DNA of 64,000 bases. It comes from Octopus vulgaris (lineage: Eukaryota). The notes below the pieces were generated by a model. The model was given only the letters and a program-made list of their open reading frames with translations, made no database searches and had not been told where the DNA came from. The DNA is taken from assembly GCA_951406725.2 (NCBI GenBank), contig OX597822.1:39494001-39558000 (forward strand). Direction: 5' to 3'. A program made the translations under genes and the position numbers. Each line of letters begins with the position of its first letter. Position 1 is the first letter of the stretch. Shown piece after piece: positions 41,375 through 54,708 of the stretch.

Positions 41375-43294
41375 TATTTCATAAAAATTTGGCATAAAGG
41401 CATTACAAAGAGTAGCTGCGGGCTGGACATATACATTGATGAGCTGAATGGTGAAATAAGGATGATATTGATGAGAGAAGGCAAAAACGCCCGCCGATTT
41501 TCTTCTTCTCTAAAACTTTGTTCTCTTTTTCTTTTAAACAGAATAAACAAAGCGAGGTATAGAACCTCTCACAACAGTTTTTACAGTTTTTGGACTTAAT
41601 AGTCCATTACAAATATTAATATGCAATGAAATATTCAATATACAATCAACACTAGTCCATTTACAAATGAGGCGCTGAGCCTCTTACACATTATAACACT
41701 GAGGCTTTTCAACTTCTTATCAATTTTCCACCTCATAATCGCTTGTATCCGTGTACTCCGCCATAACCCATGCTTCGTTTAAAATCACGGCGGGGTCCGA
41801 GTTGGCGTTACCCGGCCACGCGCGATATTCTTCTTTTAGTCCGTCCAGCATCATAAACAGGCGTAACGTTATGACGACCACAGCTATCTGCGGAGGCCAT
41901 TCGGAGTCCTGTGTGAAGACCAAAGGTATTCCCTCGTAGTGTTCTTTCACTATCTTTTCCACCTCTCCGCCTCTGTAAAAGAAGACCAACAATTTCTGGT
42001 CCATCTTGCCCGGGTCGGTCAATTTTACCGGTGGCGGCACAATTCCCGCCAATGGTGTCTCTTTCCCCCCTCCGGTGATACAACCGACGAGGCTCCGTAA
42101 CACTCCGGCGTCATGTCTCCGACTGCCGGCAATATCCCGTTTCTCCTCCTCTTCCTCTTTTTTCTTCTCGACTTGGGGAGGGGCGACTTCTCCGTGACTT
42201 GGAGATTCGCATCTCCTCCCTCATCCCCAGGATCCTTAGGTGAGCACCCATTATTGCTCTCCTTCTTCCTTTTGCGGCTCTTCTTTGAGGAGTCCTCCGT
42301 CTCTTCGGCCGCCTTCATTCCCTTCTCTAGAGAGGTCTCCGTCAATCGCTCCGGGACTTTGCTTTGCCCTTGAGAACAGTTCTTTTTTATATGGCCAGGC
42401 TCCAAGCACAGATGACAGTGGGGGGAGGAGTGTCCCTCAAGTATCACCAGATACTTAGATCCGGCCATTCTCAAAAAGTCTGGAAATACCAGACTTTCGG
42501 CTGACTGGGTCCATAGGGTCAAAACAACTTTTGACCCCTCCCAGTCAGCCGCAGGCAGAATATTTACGCTGAGGAGCTTGGTGCTACTGCCACCCAGACC
42601 CCGGCTGATAGTATCTCCTATCCAGTGGGGCTCCTAGAGTAGGTCCTCAAAACCACCATCTTACTTTAAGTTCTTTTAACCAGTTTTTGGGTGGTGTAAT
42701 TTCCCACTCCACCAACTTTTCATTGTTATTTGCCATGTTTTTTCTAAAAGAGTCCAAAAATACAGTTGTTAAAATATAAAACAATTAAAGAAAAAGAAGG
42801 AAGAGGAAAAAAATCCAAACAAAAGGAAGGGAGAGAAAAAATTAATAGTTCCATAAAGTTTTTTTTTTTTTAAATCAAAGATAGAAAAAGAGGGAGCAAC
42901 AGTTCAAAATACAGCAAAGACCACTTGGTACTCCGGGCCAAAATTTAACGCAATTGTAAAACAGTTAAAAAAAATCATTCCAATTTTCTTCTAGGTACTC
43001 CTTAACAGGAACAACACTATTTTCAAACTAAAAACTTTGGCAGGATACGCCCACCAAACTAATAATTTTCACAATTAAGTGAATAATATTTTCACTCAGC
43101 CTCAGGCAGACTAGAGTCTAGTGAGGACTTCTTCTTTGTAAAAATAATTTGCGACATACACTAGACCTCCAAAATTCTTACCTTATGGCTGAATTTCAAA
43201 AGTCTTCAATTTAAGACGGCTTTCAAAAACGAGTCTTACATCTTCGGTATCAAACACAACTCTAATTCGCACATGCGCAATGAGGTAGCAATAA
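41375..43294 (-). mobile_element. ORF1/gag-only non-autonomous L1/Tx1-like element with a 16-bp TSD, inside a family B SINE head
   Basis: TSD GGTAAGCAAGCTACTT at 41359-41374 and 43295-43310. CCHC knuckle CHLCLEPGHIKKNC in ORF 42025-42522. No RT. Ends ...GAAATA(AA). Confidence 0.75.
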
Positions 43295-43344
43295 GGTAAG
43301 CAAGCTACTTACCACACAGACACGCCAGCGCCTATCAGTGTTAT

Positions 43345-43457
43345 TTTCAGTTGTCTTCTACAATAGCCTTGGGCCGACCAAATCCTTGCGAGTGGATTTG
43401 GTAGAGGGAAACTGAAAGAAGCCCCTCTTATATATATACATATATATATATATATGG

Positions 43458-43505
<48 letters not shown>

Positions 43506-43792
43506 TGTATATCTATATATATATACATGCACATAAATATATATATATATACACACATATACATATATGAGTTTGTGTGTGTGTCTTTGTGTTTGTCCTT
43601 CCGCCATCGCTTGACAACCGATGTTGGTGTGTTTACGTCCCTGTAAATTAGTGGTTCGGCAAAAGACACCGATAGAATAAGTACCAGGATTACCTTGGAT
43701 AAGTCCTGCGGTCGATTTTTTCGGCTAAAACTCCTTACGGCGTTACTCCAGTAGGGCCACAGCCAAATGGCTGAAACAAAAGCGCAAAAGAA
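43345..43792 (+). mobile_element. SINE family B, 5'-truncated
   Basis: Homology to the other family B copies. Confidence 0.75.
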
Positions 43793-43840
43793 TCTATCTA
43801 TGTATGTATGTATGTATCTATCTATCTATCTATCTATCTG

Positions 43841-43900
<60 letters not shown>

Positions 43901-44453
43901 AACAGACTCGCACGCGCACACGCGCACACACATGGCTTTAAATATAACTAAGGCTTCCTGGAATGTGTTCATATAGACACAAAACATATTTAAAGGAATT
44001 CAACCAAAAAGGAAAGACGGGAGTGAGAGTGAGGGAGAGAGAGAGATAGATAGAGAGTGAGAGAGAGGAACAGAGAGAGATGGGGTGAGAGGAGAGTTTA
44101 CGATATGGGGAGTGAAGCTGGTGATGTTTATGTTCCATGAAATTGGTTATACGGATGAATACCGTTAATACAAACGATTAGTTATAACAAACAATTAATT
44201 ACGAAGCTTAATCTAGTTTTAAAATAAAGACGATGGAGGCATAACTGCACACAGATACATGGATATAGCCACACACACATGCACACACACACACACACAC
44301 ACGCACACACACACAAACACACACACACACAGAGGGTTATGAGTATATGTATGTGTGTTTGTGCGTGTGTCAGCTTGCATGTCAGCATGTATTATATATA
44401 TGTATATATATATATATACACACATACATATATACATATATATGTGTGTGTGC

Positions 44454-44490
<37 letters not shown>

Positions 44491-44508
44491 CATATATACA
44501 TATATATT

Positions 44509-44551
<43 letters not shown>

Positions 44552-45019
44552 TATTAAATAGTTTTTTGTACCTATACGCATGCGCATACATACATAGATT
44601 ACATTAATACACATATAGGCACATATACATACGAGCATACACTCATACACACACATACGCTCATACATATACTCATAACAATATACGCACACCCATTTAC
44701 ATACAAATAAACAAAATCTGACGTTTTATGTCAGAAATCCATTAATGAAAAACAAATACAAAATATGAATAAAAGTATATGTTTGCTTTGAACATGGTGA
44801 GGTTCTACCCGTTCGAAAATTCTCTAAGTTCAAATGTCGCCGTAAGCAATAAGTACCCTGCCTAGAAAAGAAATAATGACTTTTGAATTTCTTTATAATG
44901 GTTTCAAATTTTGGCCCAAGGCCAGCAACCTCGTCGGACGGGTAAGTCGATTACTTCGGCTCTAGTGCTCAAAAGGTACTTATTTGGTCGACACCGAAGG
45001 CAAAGCTGTCATGTGTGTT

Positions 45020-45083
<64 letters not shown>

Positions 45084-45139
45084 TGTATGCGCGTGTGTAT
45101 GTGTGTGTGTATACTTTATTTGTGTATTAAGGTTACCAT

Positions 45140-45424
45140 TGGTTTCATGTTAAGAAAATATCTTAACCATCCTTCAAGCCAATCACACTAATTCTCATTG
45201 TTCAATATTTACGTGTGTGTGACCGCGTGTGTATAGTTGGCGATTTTTTTTCCTCCGTCTTCCCTTCCTTGGATCTTTCCTTTTCCTATGTTTCTGACGA
45301 AGAGCTCCGCTCGAAACGTTAAATCCTCCTTCTTTCTTTCCTTTCCTGAGCGTCCAATAATACTATACTTGTTCCACGTCCTCGCGTTGTTGTGTTTTCT
45401 CTTTGTGTTTTCATGTTTGGATTA

Positions 45425-45428
<4 letters not shown>
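45140..45428 (+). mobile_element. Solo PLE pLTR-like unit with HHR (45291-45323), ending at (TA)n
   Basis: ttt-CTGACGA-A-gagc-tcc-gctc-GAAA-CG-TT-aaa. The 3' end GTTTGGATTAA-xxx-TATATA matches the end of the PLE at 16681. Confidence 0.75.
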
Positions 45429-45495
<67 letters not shown>

Positions 45496-45497
45496 GT

Positions 45498-46073
45498 AAA
45501 ACATTCAAACACTGAGATTTGAAATCAGTTGTCACTACTGTTCATATCTGTGGATAAATTTTAAAATTGATGATATCACCACTTGTGACATAGGTGGATC
45601 GCAGGTGCAATAACATTAAATACCTATGAATTATAAATTTGTACGAAGCGTTAGGATGCTTAACAAGCATCCACCTGCTAGAAATAAGAGCTAAAGTCTT
45701 AAATTTATCCACCGTACCGCACCAGGATAACAGAGAAAAACAGTATGCGAGGAAAACAGAAAGAATTAAAACATTTAACAGCACCAAAAAAAAATATTAT
45801 GCAATCAAGGATATCCACATACCAGGTTTCGGCTTCTGAGTATTTAAACCCTGAGCCTCGTCAGTGTGGCCTACTGGGTCATAATCCACAACTGTCACTT
45901 TAAACTCTGACTGCAACATAGTGCATAAAATTTTATAAGCAAAACATTCAAACACTGAAATTTGAAATCAGCTGTCACTACTGTTCATGTGATCTGTGGA
46001 TAAATTTTAAAATTGATGATATCACCAACAGTGACATAGGTGGATCGCAGGCGCAATAGCATTAAATAGCTAT
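45498..46073 (-). mobile_element. Retrozyme-like 1.3-mer (443-bp period) with one HHR
   Basis: ~130-bp direct repeats at 45498-45627 and 45941-46073 flank an HHR and adjoin (TA)n. Confidence 0.7.
45815..45869 (-). ncRNA. Type I HHR motif, canonical core, GUA cleavage site
   Basis: ccaca-CTGACGA-ggct-cagggtttaaatactcaga-agcc-GAAA-cc-t-gg-TA-tgtgg. Confidence 0.85.
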
Positions 46074-46776
46074 ATATGCAGTTCCAATTTACAGAAAACA
46101 AAAGACGAAGACAGGTGTGGGAAGAACATGCAGGTGTTTTATTTTGACGCTCGGGAAGAATGGAAAAGTCTTTGACGTTTCGATCTTACGCAGAAAGGGT
46201 TGAGAAGAAAAAAATGGAGAACGTAAAAAAAAAAAAAGAAAACAAACAAAGAAAACGGAGAGCGAAAACAGTGTGTAGGGATTAACGGTTGAATATGATG
46301 AAATGACCTGGATATGAGAGAAAGGAAATGGAGTTGACGAGACTTTATTATTCGCTATGATCTTTTCGACCCATTGTTCGTTTGTGCCTAGCGGCTGAGA
46401 TACTCTACGAGGGGATCGTTAAGATACAGAAGAGATATGAATGGTAAACAACTCACGTTTAACGCCTCTGTGTGCGTGTGTGCACGTATGTATATGTGTA
46501 TGTATGTGCTTGTATACATTTTGCATTTGTGAATAATATGCCTGTTGCGCTTTTAAAACATAAAACCTCGATGTAAAAATGAAGCTCCGAGGCTCATCTC
46601 AAGATCTTGGTGAAGTTGCCAAACAGCATTGATATTCGGTTTCTACGTTTCTGATTGATTAGCTGGCATCAAGATCCATTTAACCACCCCGCTTCGATGT
46701 TATTCTGCATAAAGGACCGTATCAACAAATCTTCGAATTAATTTGATTTGAGTTTATTTCACAGTTAGTCACATCT

Positions 46777-46824
<48 letters not shown>

Positions 46825-46898
46825 CGAAACGCAATATGAAATCTAAGCTAAATCAAGCTACATTATTATTCTAAGGGAATATTCATTCCGCCAATATA

Positions 46899-47814
46899 CA
46901 GGCGTACTGCAATTTAGGTCATTTTGAGTTACGTCTTTTTCGACATTAGGTTTTTTTTTTTTTTTAGAAATTAATGAGATTGCAAAAAAAAAAATTAAAC
47001 CCAAACTTCAGTCGATTTATCCGTCGCAAAAAACATATTTGAAAGAATAACAATTCTAAAAAATACACCTAAAAACCGATACTGAAGAGGAAAATCAAAT
47101 TTTATCAACCGTTATCTGTTTTGATAAATGGCTTAAACATATTTTTACATGTGAAAATATGTAAAAGCCATTTATTCTTTCCTACTCTAGGCTCAAGGGC
47201 CGAAATTTTGGGTCAGGGAGCCAGTCGATTGGATCGACCCCAGTACGCAACTGGTGCTTAATTTATCGGCCCCCGAAAATATGAAAAGAAAAGGCGACCT
47301 CGGCTGAATTTGAACTCAGAACGTAAAGTCAGGCGAAATACCTATTTCTTTACTACCCACAAGGGGTTAAACACAGAGCGGACAAACAAACGGATTAAGT
47401 CGATATTATCGACCCCAGTGCGTAACTGGTACTTATTTAATCGATCCTGAAAGGCTGAAAGGCAAAGTCGACCCCGGCGGAATTTGAACTCAGAACGTAA
47501 CGGCGGACGAAATACCGCTAAGCATTTTGTCAGGCGTGATAACGTTCCTTATTTCTTTATTGCCCACGTAACTGGTACTTAATTTATCGACCCCGAAAGG
47601 ATGAAAGGCAAAGTCGACCTCGGCGGAATTTGATCTCAGAACGTAAAGGCAGACGAAATACGGCTACCGTTTCTGCCAGCTCGACGCCTTAAGTAAAATC
47701 CGTTTACTAAAACAAATATAGGTTGAAAAAATTTTTGAAATATTTATTCGCTTTATGTTGTTTGTTGAGTTAAGTCGTATACCTTGGAAGCAATTCCCGA
47801 CGTAAGTACGCCTG
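46899..47814. mobile_element. Possible Tc1/mariner-type MITE containing a tandem family A SINE array (47172-47690, - strand)
   Basis: TA-CAGGCGTAC ... GTACGCCTG-TA termini. The inverted match is short. Confidence 0.4.
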
Positions 47815-48439
47815 TATTTTGTAATAGGATTCTATATAACTTCAACATAATTTTCATTACTATATGTAATGTAAAAATGATATATAATTTATTTAGTGTC
47901 CTTGACAGTAGCTTGTTACATACATTGAAGTTTTGTTATTTTTTCTTGATGGTTGATTGACAGAGGGTAAATAAAGAAAACGAACTTTTTGCTAATTAAT
48001 GTCAGAAGTGGAGCGACGGCAACCATGACATTTTCAGGTCATTACCAACCCCACATCAGACTGGCTGACATTGAAGTGATTACTGTTGATCTTGAACCTA
48101 TGTCGGTCAACGTTGGAAAAAAACTTTTGACAAGGAAAGTAAGTCGAGAGTGATATTTCTGTTTCCTGCAAGGAAATTCCGATACGCATTAGTCTGGTAA
48201 TAATCTCGAAAGGTTGAATTCTTGTATAATGAAGAACGCCTGTTTTTCCAGGGTCAATAGAATAATGTACCAGTAAAATGTTGAGGTCGATATAATCGGC
48301 TATTCTCCCCACCCCGCAAAATTTCAGGCCGTCTTAGTCGATGTTAGATTATTATTGCGTTTTCTTTCTTTCTCAGGCTGGTTCTTATAACTTGGTTACT
48401 TTTCTTCTCTAATAGCAGGCTACAAGCAGCAGCAGTGAT

Positions 48440-48935
48440 AGGCCTCAAACAACAGTTTCTTTGCCTTTTCTATTCATTTTACACAATCTGATCATCGAGT
48501 GACCTTCGTAATATTTTAGATGTTCTCAATAACCAAACTCTATGCAATAGCTCTTTCTCGCAATCTTTTCGACCTTCTGTACCCATTTTGCAGTGTTGCC
48601 CTCTCCTGTTCCTAATACTCCTACAACTACTGGTATGATAGTTGCCGTCGTTATTTTCCACGTTTTAATCACTTCACACTTAAACTTTTTTTTATAATTT
48701 GTCAACTTTTCTTCTTCTTTACGTTCTATTCATGTGTCGAATAGACATGATGGGCCAATAAGGAGACATATCTTGTGGATTTCCTCAACAACTATGATAT
48801 CAGGTGTGTTGTGCTCGAAGTGTTTTTCTGTTTGTATGGGTAAATCCCTAAAGAGTCGATAACTCACTGATTCAAATATTCTTTCAGGTTGGTGTTCATA
48901 TCACGTCTTTCCACACTCAAACCCCATTTCTGGTG
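48440..48935 (-). mobile_element. Decayed R4/Dong-like LINE fragment (restriction-like endonuclease region)
   Basis: The - strand reads LPIQTEKHFEHNTPDIIVVEE...ICLLI. Confidence 0.55.
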
Positions 48936-49919
48936 CTCTACAAAGGGTTTAAAATTTTGCACTGATACAAATTTACTCAGGACAAGAAGTAACCTGCTTC
49001 CGACTTTATTTTACTTGACAAACGGTATGAACATTTAGGAAAGATGGAGAAACAAATCAACAGATTACAACAGAGAAAAGTAACGCTCAGTTCATCGCAA
49101 CAACATTTAGGTAAAAAAAAGAAAGGAAAACAACTCTGTATAGTTACTTATTGACAAAAATATACAAATTAGAGCGTATACCTTCAGACCAAGCAGAATA
49201 GTTTTTAAATAACATTTGATCGGATGTTATTTTTTGTGAGACATGCCCATAAGTTCGGAAACAGCTGAGTTATTTTTCGCTCGGAAACAGTAATCCAGCA
49301 ACACTCCACCGGGTACAAATCTTGAATTTATTATAAGAATTGGACTTCTACTGGGTAGTGAAATATAATGGACTTGGAAACTCTAGCAAACTGCAAGAAA
49401 CAAAAAGAATCTGAACGGGAAATTGGGTTGACATGGGGTAGGAGATTCTGATACAGATGAAACCTGAAGCACTAGACGAAATTCCTCACCTAATAGAGTG
49501 ATCCCAGGACAACAGTTGCAGGTAGTAGTGAAGGGTGGGAAGCCTCGATGCAACAACTGGGGAAACATCTCAAGTCTTCCTCTTCCCAACAGTAACAGAA
49601 AATAGAAAAGAAAAATGTCTCTACTACAACTAATACTACGACATCAATACCAACAACAAAAGCAGCAACCACAGATAGCTACAGCAACTGCAAGAGTAGC
49701 ATATGCAATTTCAGCAACAATGATTGCAGCACCAGCGACAAGACAGGAAGCAGTACCTACAGAAACAACGCCAAAAGTAGAAGCAACAGCAACAAATACA
49801 ACAGAAGATTCACCGCTACCAAAGGCTACTAGACGGAATAAGAATATAAGGGAATTATTAACCTCTATTTCTGACTCCAAGAAACGAACATTGGAGTATC
49901 TGCACGCTGTACCTTAAAG

Positions 49920-50656
49920 AACAGCCGCAAGAGAGGTAAGCCATGTTCATTGTGCAACAACATGAGTGAAGTGAATTCTATCAGAAATCATAATAGAAAT
50001 GCTACCGTTTATACAGAAGGTGGAACATGTAAAGATTCCCATTTGGTGTACACTGCAGAATGCACGAAACACAACTTGATTTATGTTGGTTGTACAACAG
50101 AACAATTAAACAAAAGGTTTAATGGACACAGATTCGACGTTAGGCACAATAACAGTAGTTCGACAGAACTTGCTAAACATTTCGTTTCAAGCGGCTGCAA
50201 TTTTGAAGAAGACTTGAAAGTGCATATTCTCAGAATCTGCTCCACTTTCATTTCTCAGAATGTATGAGGAGAAATATGTTTGCGGGTTATTAACATCACG
50301 CCCTGGAGGAATGAATAAGATAACAGGAGAATATCATCAAATTTATACAAAACTGTTTGATTAAATATTCTTTCCACTTTTTTTTTCTTTTCTTTCTTCT
50401 GCCGTCTTCTTTTTTCCTGTTTTTTTTTTTCTGTCTTTTTCTTTTCGGCTGTTATGAAATTGTAACTTAAAAACTGATGATGTCATTCCATCAACGTGTG
50501 GACGATGGTTGCTCTCGTTCATATTTTACGTTTAAATTTTTGTAATTTTGAATTTTTATCACTTCTTATTTTGAACTTGATAAGACAGACTTACTGTTGA
50601 AATATCGTTCAACCAATAAAATATCTTACAATCGAATCGCGCTCTTCGTCTTGACT
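49920..50656 (+). mobile_element. Penelope-like element 3' part: GIY-YIG remnant plus pLTR, ending at (ATC)n
   Basis: PCSLC...GTCKDSHLVYTAECTKHNLIYVGCT...LNKRFNGHRFD...LAKHF, then after a frameshift EEKYVCGLLTSRPGGMN. Confidence 0.85.
50566..50619 (+). ncRNA. Minimal HHR motif, U3-A8 core variant
   Basis: ttatt-ttgaac-TTGATAA-gacag-actta-ctgtt-GAAA-TA-TC-gttcaa-cc-aataa: 6+5-bp stem I, 5-bp stem II, ATAT palindrome, AUC site, followed by AATAAA. Confidence 0.78.
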
Positions 50657-50696
50657 ATCATCATCATCATCATCATCATCACAATCATCATCATCA

Positions 50697-50905
50697 AGGC
50701 GGTGAGCTGGCAGAATTGTTAGCACGCCGAGCAAATTGCTTAGCGGCTTTTCGTCTGTCCTTGCATTCTAAGTTCAAATTCTGCCGCGGTCAACTTTACC
50801 TTTCGTCCTTTCGCGGTCGATGAAACAAGTACCAGTTACGGACTGGAATCGATGTAATCGACTAGCACCTTCCCCCAAAATGTCAGGCCTTGTGCCTACA
50901 GTAGA

Positions 50906-50910
<5 letters not shown>
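50697..50910 (+). mobile_element. SINE family A
   Basis: GGCGGTGAGCTGGCAGAA head and Meta-like centre. Confidence 0.8.
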
Positions 50911-50975
<65 letters not shown>

Positions 50976-50978
<3 letters not shown>

Positions 50979-51237
50979 TAGTTTTATTTTTATAGCGTGC
51001 TTTCACTTCACTACCGAGCGCAGCTCTGTGTGCCTTGGGTATGTGCTGTGATTTGTTGTGATGCTCTGATGGTTATTGTATGGAAAGTGCTCTGCGTAGG
51101 ATGTGTGCAGTGCCTAGTAGTGCAATTTTCTGTATGCTATATGTGTTTGTAAGTCCTGGTGTTTTTGTTATGTATTTGTCTGAATATTTTTTTTATCATG
51201 CCTAATGCACCTACTATTTTATCATGCCTAATGCACC

Positions 51238-51240
<3 letters not shown>
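50976..51240 (-). mobile_element. R4/Dong-like LINE 3' end in (TAA)n (shorter copy at 61866-61975)
   Basis: IVGALGMIKK...IQKIALLGTAHILRRALSIQ*, flanked by TAA runs. Confidence 0.8.
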
Positions 51241-51294
<54 letters not shown>

Positions 51295-51749
51295 CATTAT
51301 TTATTACTTTCCACCTCCATCTCCAACTTATCATCTTTCTGCCCTTCCCTTCTTCTTCCTTCTTCTTCCTCCTTCTTCTTCTTCCTTCTTCTTCCTCCTT
51401 TTTCTTCCTCTTTTACAAGAACAACAAGAACAACAACATCAACAACTGTTAAGTCTACCACTGCTGCTACTACTACCCTGTCACCTAGCGTTTTATAAAC
51501 TGACGTGACCATATGAAAAACAAGTGTTTCATTAATCAGGTGATAAACAGCGCTTCCAATGCATACATACATACACACGCGCGTGCGCAGACACGCCAGC
51601 TCAGCCCAGAACATTATCAACACGAAGGGGAATGTTAGCGACACCTTGTGACTGTTTCGTAGACAGGGTGCTCTTTCTCCATCCTTATGACTGTCTTTCT
51701 TTCTTTCTTCCTTCCTTCCCTTCTTTCATTCTTTCTCTCTTTCTTTCTC

Positions 51750-51783
<34 letters not shown>

Positions 51784-53329
51784 TTCCTTCCTTCCCTTCT
51801 TATCATTCTTCCTCTCTTTCTTTTTCTCTTTGTTTTCTCTATCTCTCGCTTTCTCAGGTTCATTTAGTCCATTCATCCAGATATCACCCCCTCCACTATC
51901 ACCACCACCACCACCACTACCACCACCACCACCACCACCACCACAACCGCCGCCGCCGCCGCCGCCACCACCATCACCACGACGACGACCACCACCACCA
52001 TTGCTTCCGCCACTGACGCCAACCCAACCTTCAACCCCACCCTCCACTATCGCCATCACCACCACCGCCGCCACCGCCAGCCCCGTTGCCCTACACCCCT
52101 AGTTCTTCGTTTTGTTTATGTTTTGTGCCGTGGTACGGGTGTATGAGTGCGCGCGCTTGTGCGTAAAAAAAAACCCTTCCTACCCCCCCCCCCCCCCGCA
52201 CCCAGTTACCCCCACATCGGCATTAATGACCCTCCCACCCTCTCTAACTAACAACAAAAGTCGAGATATCTTCAATGACGTAAATGAAATGTTTGTTGTT
52301 GTTGTTGGTGGTGGTGGTTGTAGTGGTTGTGATGGCAGTGTGGGTGATATTGTTCGTGGTTGTGTTAGTGGTGGCGGTAGTGGTGAAGGTGGTAGTGGTA
52401 ATGGTTGCGGTGGCAGTGGTCTTGGTGGCGGTGGTGGTGGTCGTGATAGACTGCTAGTGGTGGAGGTGGTTATGGTAAAAATGTAGTGATGGTGGATTTG
52501 GCGGTGGTGAATACAATTTTAATGATGGCTTTGGTAGTAACGGTGGCGTTACTGTTTATGATTGTTGTTGTTGTTATATTAATTCCAAACAGAGCCTCTT
52601 GTGTGTATGGCATTCCACATCAACAAGGGATGTCGCGTTTTGTTTCACTCGTACGTGGTATATTTCATTTGCGGTCGGGTTCTGATTTTTACGAGGTTGC
52701 CTCTGTGATTAAGGCTGTAGTTTTTTGTTTTTATTATGTTGCCTTCTGGGATATGTTTTTTAGATGCGTCTACAAATATTTTGTTGATTCTATGGACTGT
52801 AGTGTCTATGTCTATCTTGGTGATTATGGTAGTGAGGAATTCTGAAAATCTAGGTCCTGTTTCTTTGGCGGAACTCCTTTCCATTATGCTTTTCTGAAGT
52901 TTGTAAAAATGTGTTTTGCTTTCTTCATTGATGAATGCGTTCTGATAATAACTGATAAACATGGTAATGACAAACATAAATAAATAAATAAATAAATAAA
53001 TAAATGAAAAGTTAGCCTGTGTGGTAAGAAGTTTGCTTCACAGCCCAACCACATGGTTCCGGGTTCAGTTCCGCTGCATGGTACCTTGGGCAAGTAGCTT
53101 CTGCTATGGCCGCGGGTCGAACAAATTATTAGGAATGGATTTGGTAGGCGGAAACTGAAAGAAGCCCGATGTGCATGCATGTATATTTATGTGTGTGTGT
53201 GTGTCTTTGCGTCTGTGTTTGTCCGCCACCACTGCTTGACAACGGGTGTTAGTGTACTTACGTCCCTGTAGCTTAGCAGTTCGGCAAAAGAGAGAAACAG
53301 AGCAAGTATCAGGCTTAAAATAAAATAAG

Positions 53330-53734
53330 GGATCTTTGTGGTTTTCGTCATTGTTTACAATTTAGTTCCAATTGTTTCCAAATTAGGATTATGGATTAAG
53401 TTTTGTATACTAATTATGTTAATGAAATTTATTTTCCCTCTAAATCCATGGTTAAAAAGTTATTAGACTTTGAAATTTGCAAAATTTGGGGGTTTTAGCC
53501 AATCAGAAGCGAGTATTTTATACATCACCGTGAAGTTATGTTAGTATAGTAATCAAAGACGTAGGAGTGGCTGTATGGTAAGTACCTTGCTTACGAACCA
53601 CATGGTTCCGGGATCAGTCCCACTTCGTGGCACTTTGGGCAAGTATCTTCTACTATAGCCTCGGGCCGACCAAAGCCTTGTGAGTGGATTTGGTAGATGG
53701 TAGCTGAAGGAGGTCCGTCGTATATATGTATGTA

Positions 53735-53819
<85 letters not shown>

Positions 53820-54575
53820 GTGTATGTATTTGTGTGTTTGTGTTTGTCCCCCCCCAACATCACATGACAACCGATGCTAGTGTGTTTACATCCCCGTAAC
53901 TTAGCGGTTCGACAAAAATGACCGATAGAATAAGTACTAGGCTAACAAAGAATAAGTCCTGGGGTCGATTTGCTCGAATAAAGGTGCTGCTCCAGCATGG
54001 TCACTATCAAATGACTGAAACAATTAAAAGAGTAACAGAGTAAAGAAGCACCACGTGTTCCATACCTGATTGCGAAGAACTCTTTCCATAGCAACCAAAG
54101 ATGCTGCATATGCGCACATGGAGTGTAAGCACCATGTGTTCTATAGTTGTTTGTTTTCATGACAATTCGATTGTAGAGTGTATAGCAAACCCTCGGTCTT
54201 GAATTTTTAAAACTAATAAATGTCTGTTTTAAGCAATGTTCTGACTGTTATTTCTAGCAACTCCTGCTGGTTTGCTCGTAGCTTTTAAATATTAAATTCG
54301 CTCGCGAATTTTTCAGTTTACTGTAGCTGTTTTAATATTTAGACATGCCGGTGCCCTACTTTTTCTCAGATGATGGAAGAGGCAGCAAACGCACTGTTTT
54401 CTGATTGGCTGAAAATTCTGAAAACTATCAAATTTTGAACACCTGTAACATTTTCGTAAAAGTTTTTCTGGAATAAATGTATAACAAATTCGGATTCATC
54501 GTAAAAAGTTACATCTATATGTTACATTAAAACATTTTATAAATAGTTCGACAGTGACGATAACCACAAAGATCC
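53330..54575. mobile_element. TIR MITE with GG..CC ends and an 8-bp TSD, inserted in a family B SINE and containing another (53555-54040)
   Basis: TIR GGATCTTTGTGGTT(T/A)TCGTCA(T/C)TG. TSD AAAATAAG at 53322-53329 and 54576-54583. Confidence 0.8.
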
Positions 54576-54708
54576 AAAATAAGTATGCGGGAGGGGGGGG
54601 ATACATTCGACAACAAATTTTTCAAGAGGGTGCTCCAGCTTGACTACAGTCTAGTGATTAAAACAAATCGAAGATAAATAACAAATAAAATCCGTAAATA
54701 ATAATAAT

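Noticed and set aside
46170-46200. HHR motif on the - strand (CTGCGTAAGATCGAAACGTC)
   Set aside because: Related to the 45291 family, but the core and stem II are deleted. A relic only.
47080-47110. CTGAAGAGGAAAATC resembling the 39012 core
   Set aside because: No closing stem II or GAAA.
51632-52486. Pro-, Gly- and His-rich ORFs
   Set aside because: Translations of (CCA)n/(GGT)n/(CTTT)n microsatellites.
52645-52977. 110-aa ORF as a host exon
   Set aside because: It more resembles a decayed LINE linker (ASKKHIPEG), and no splice context is supported. Too weak to call either way.
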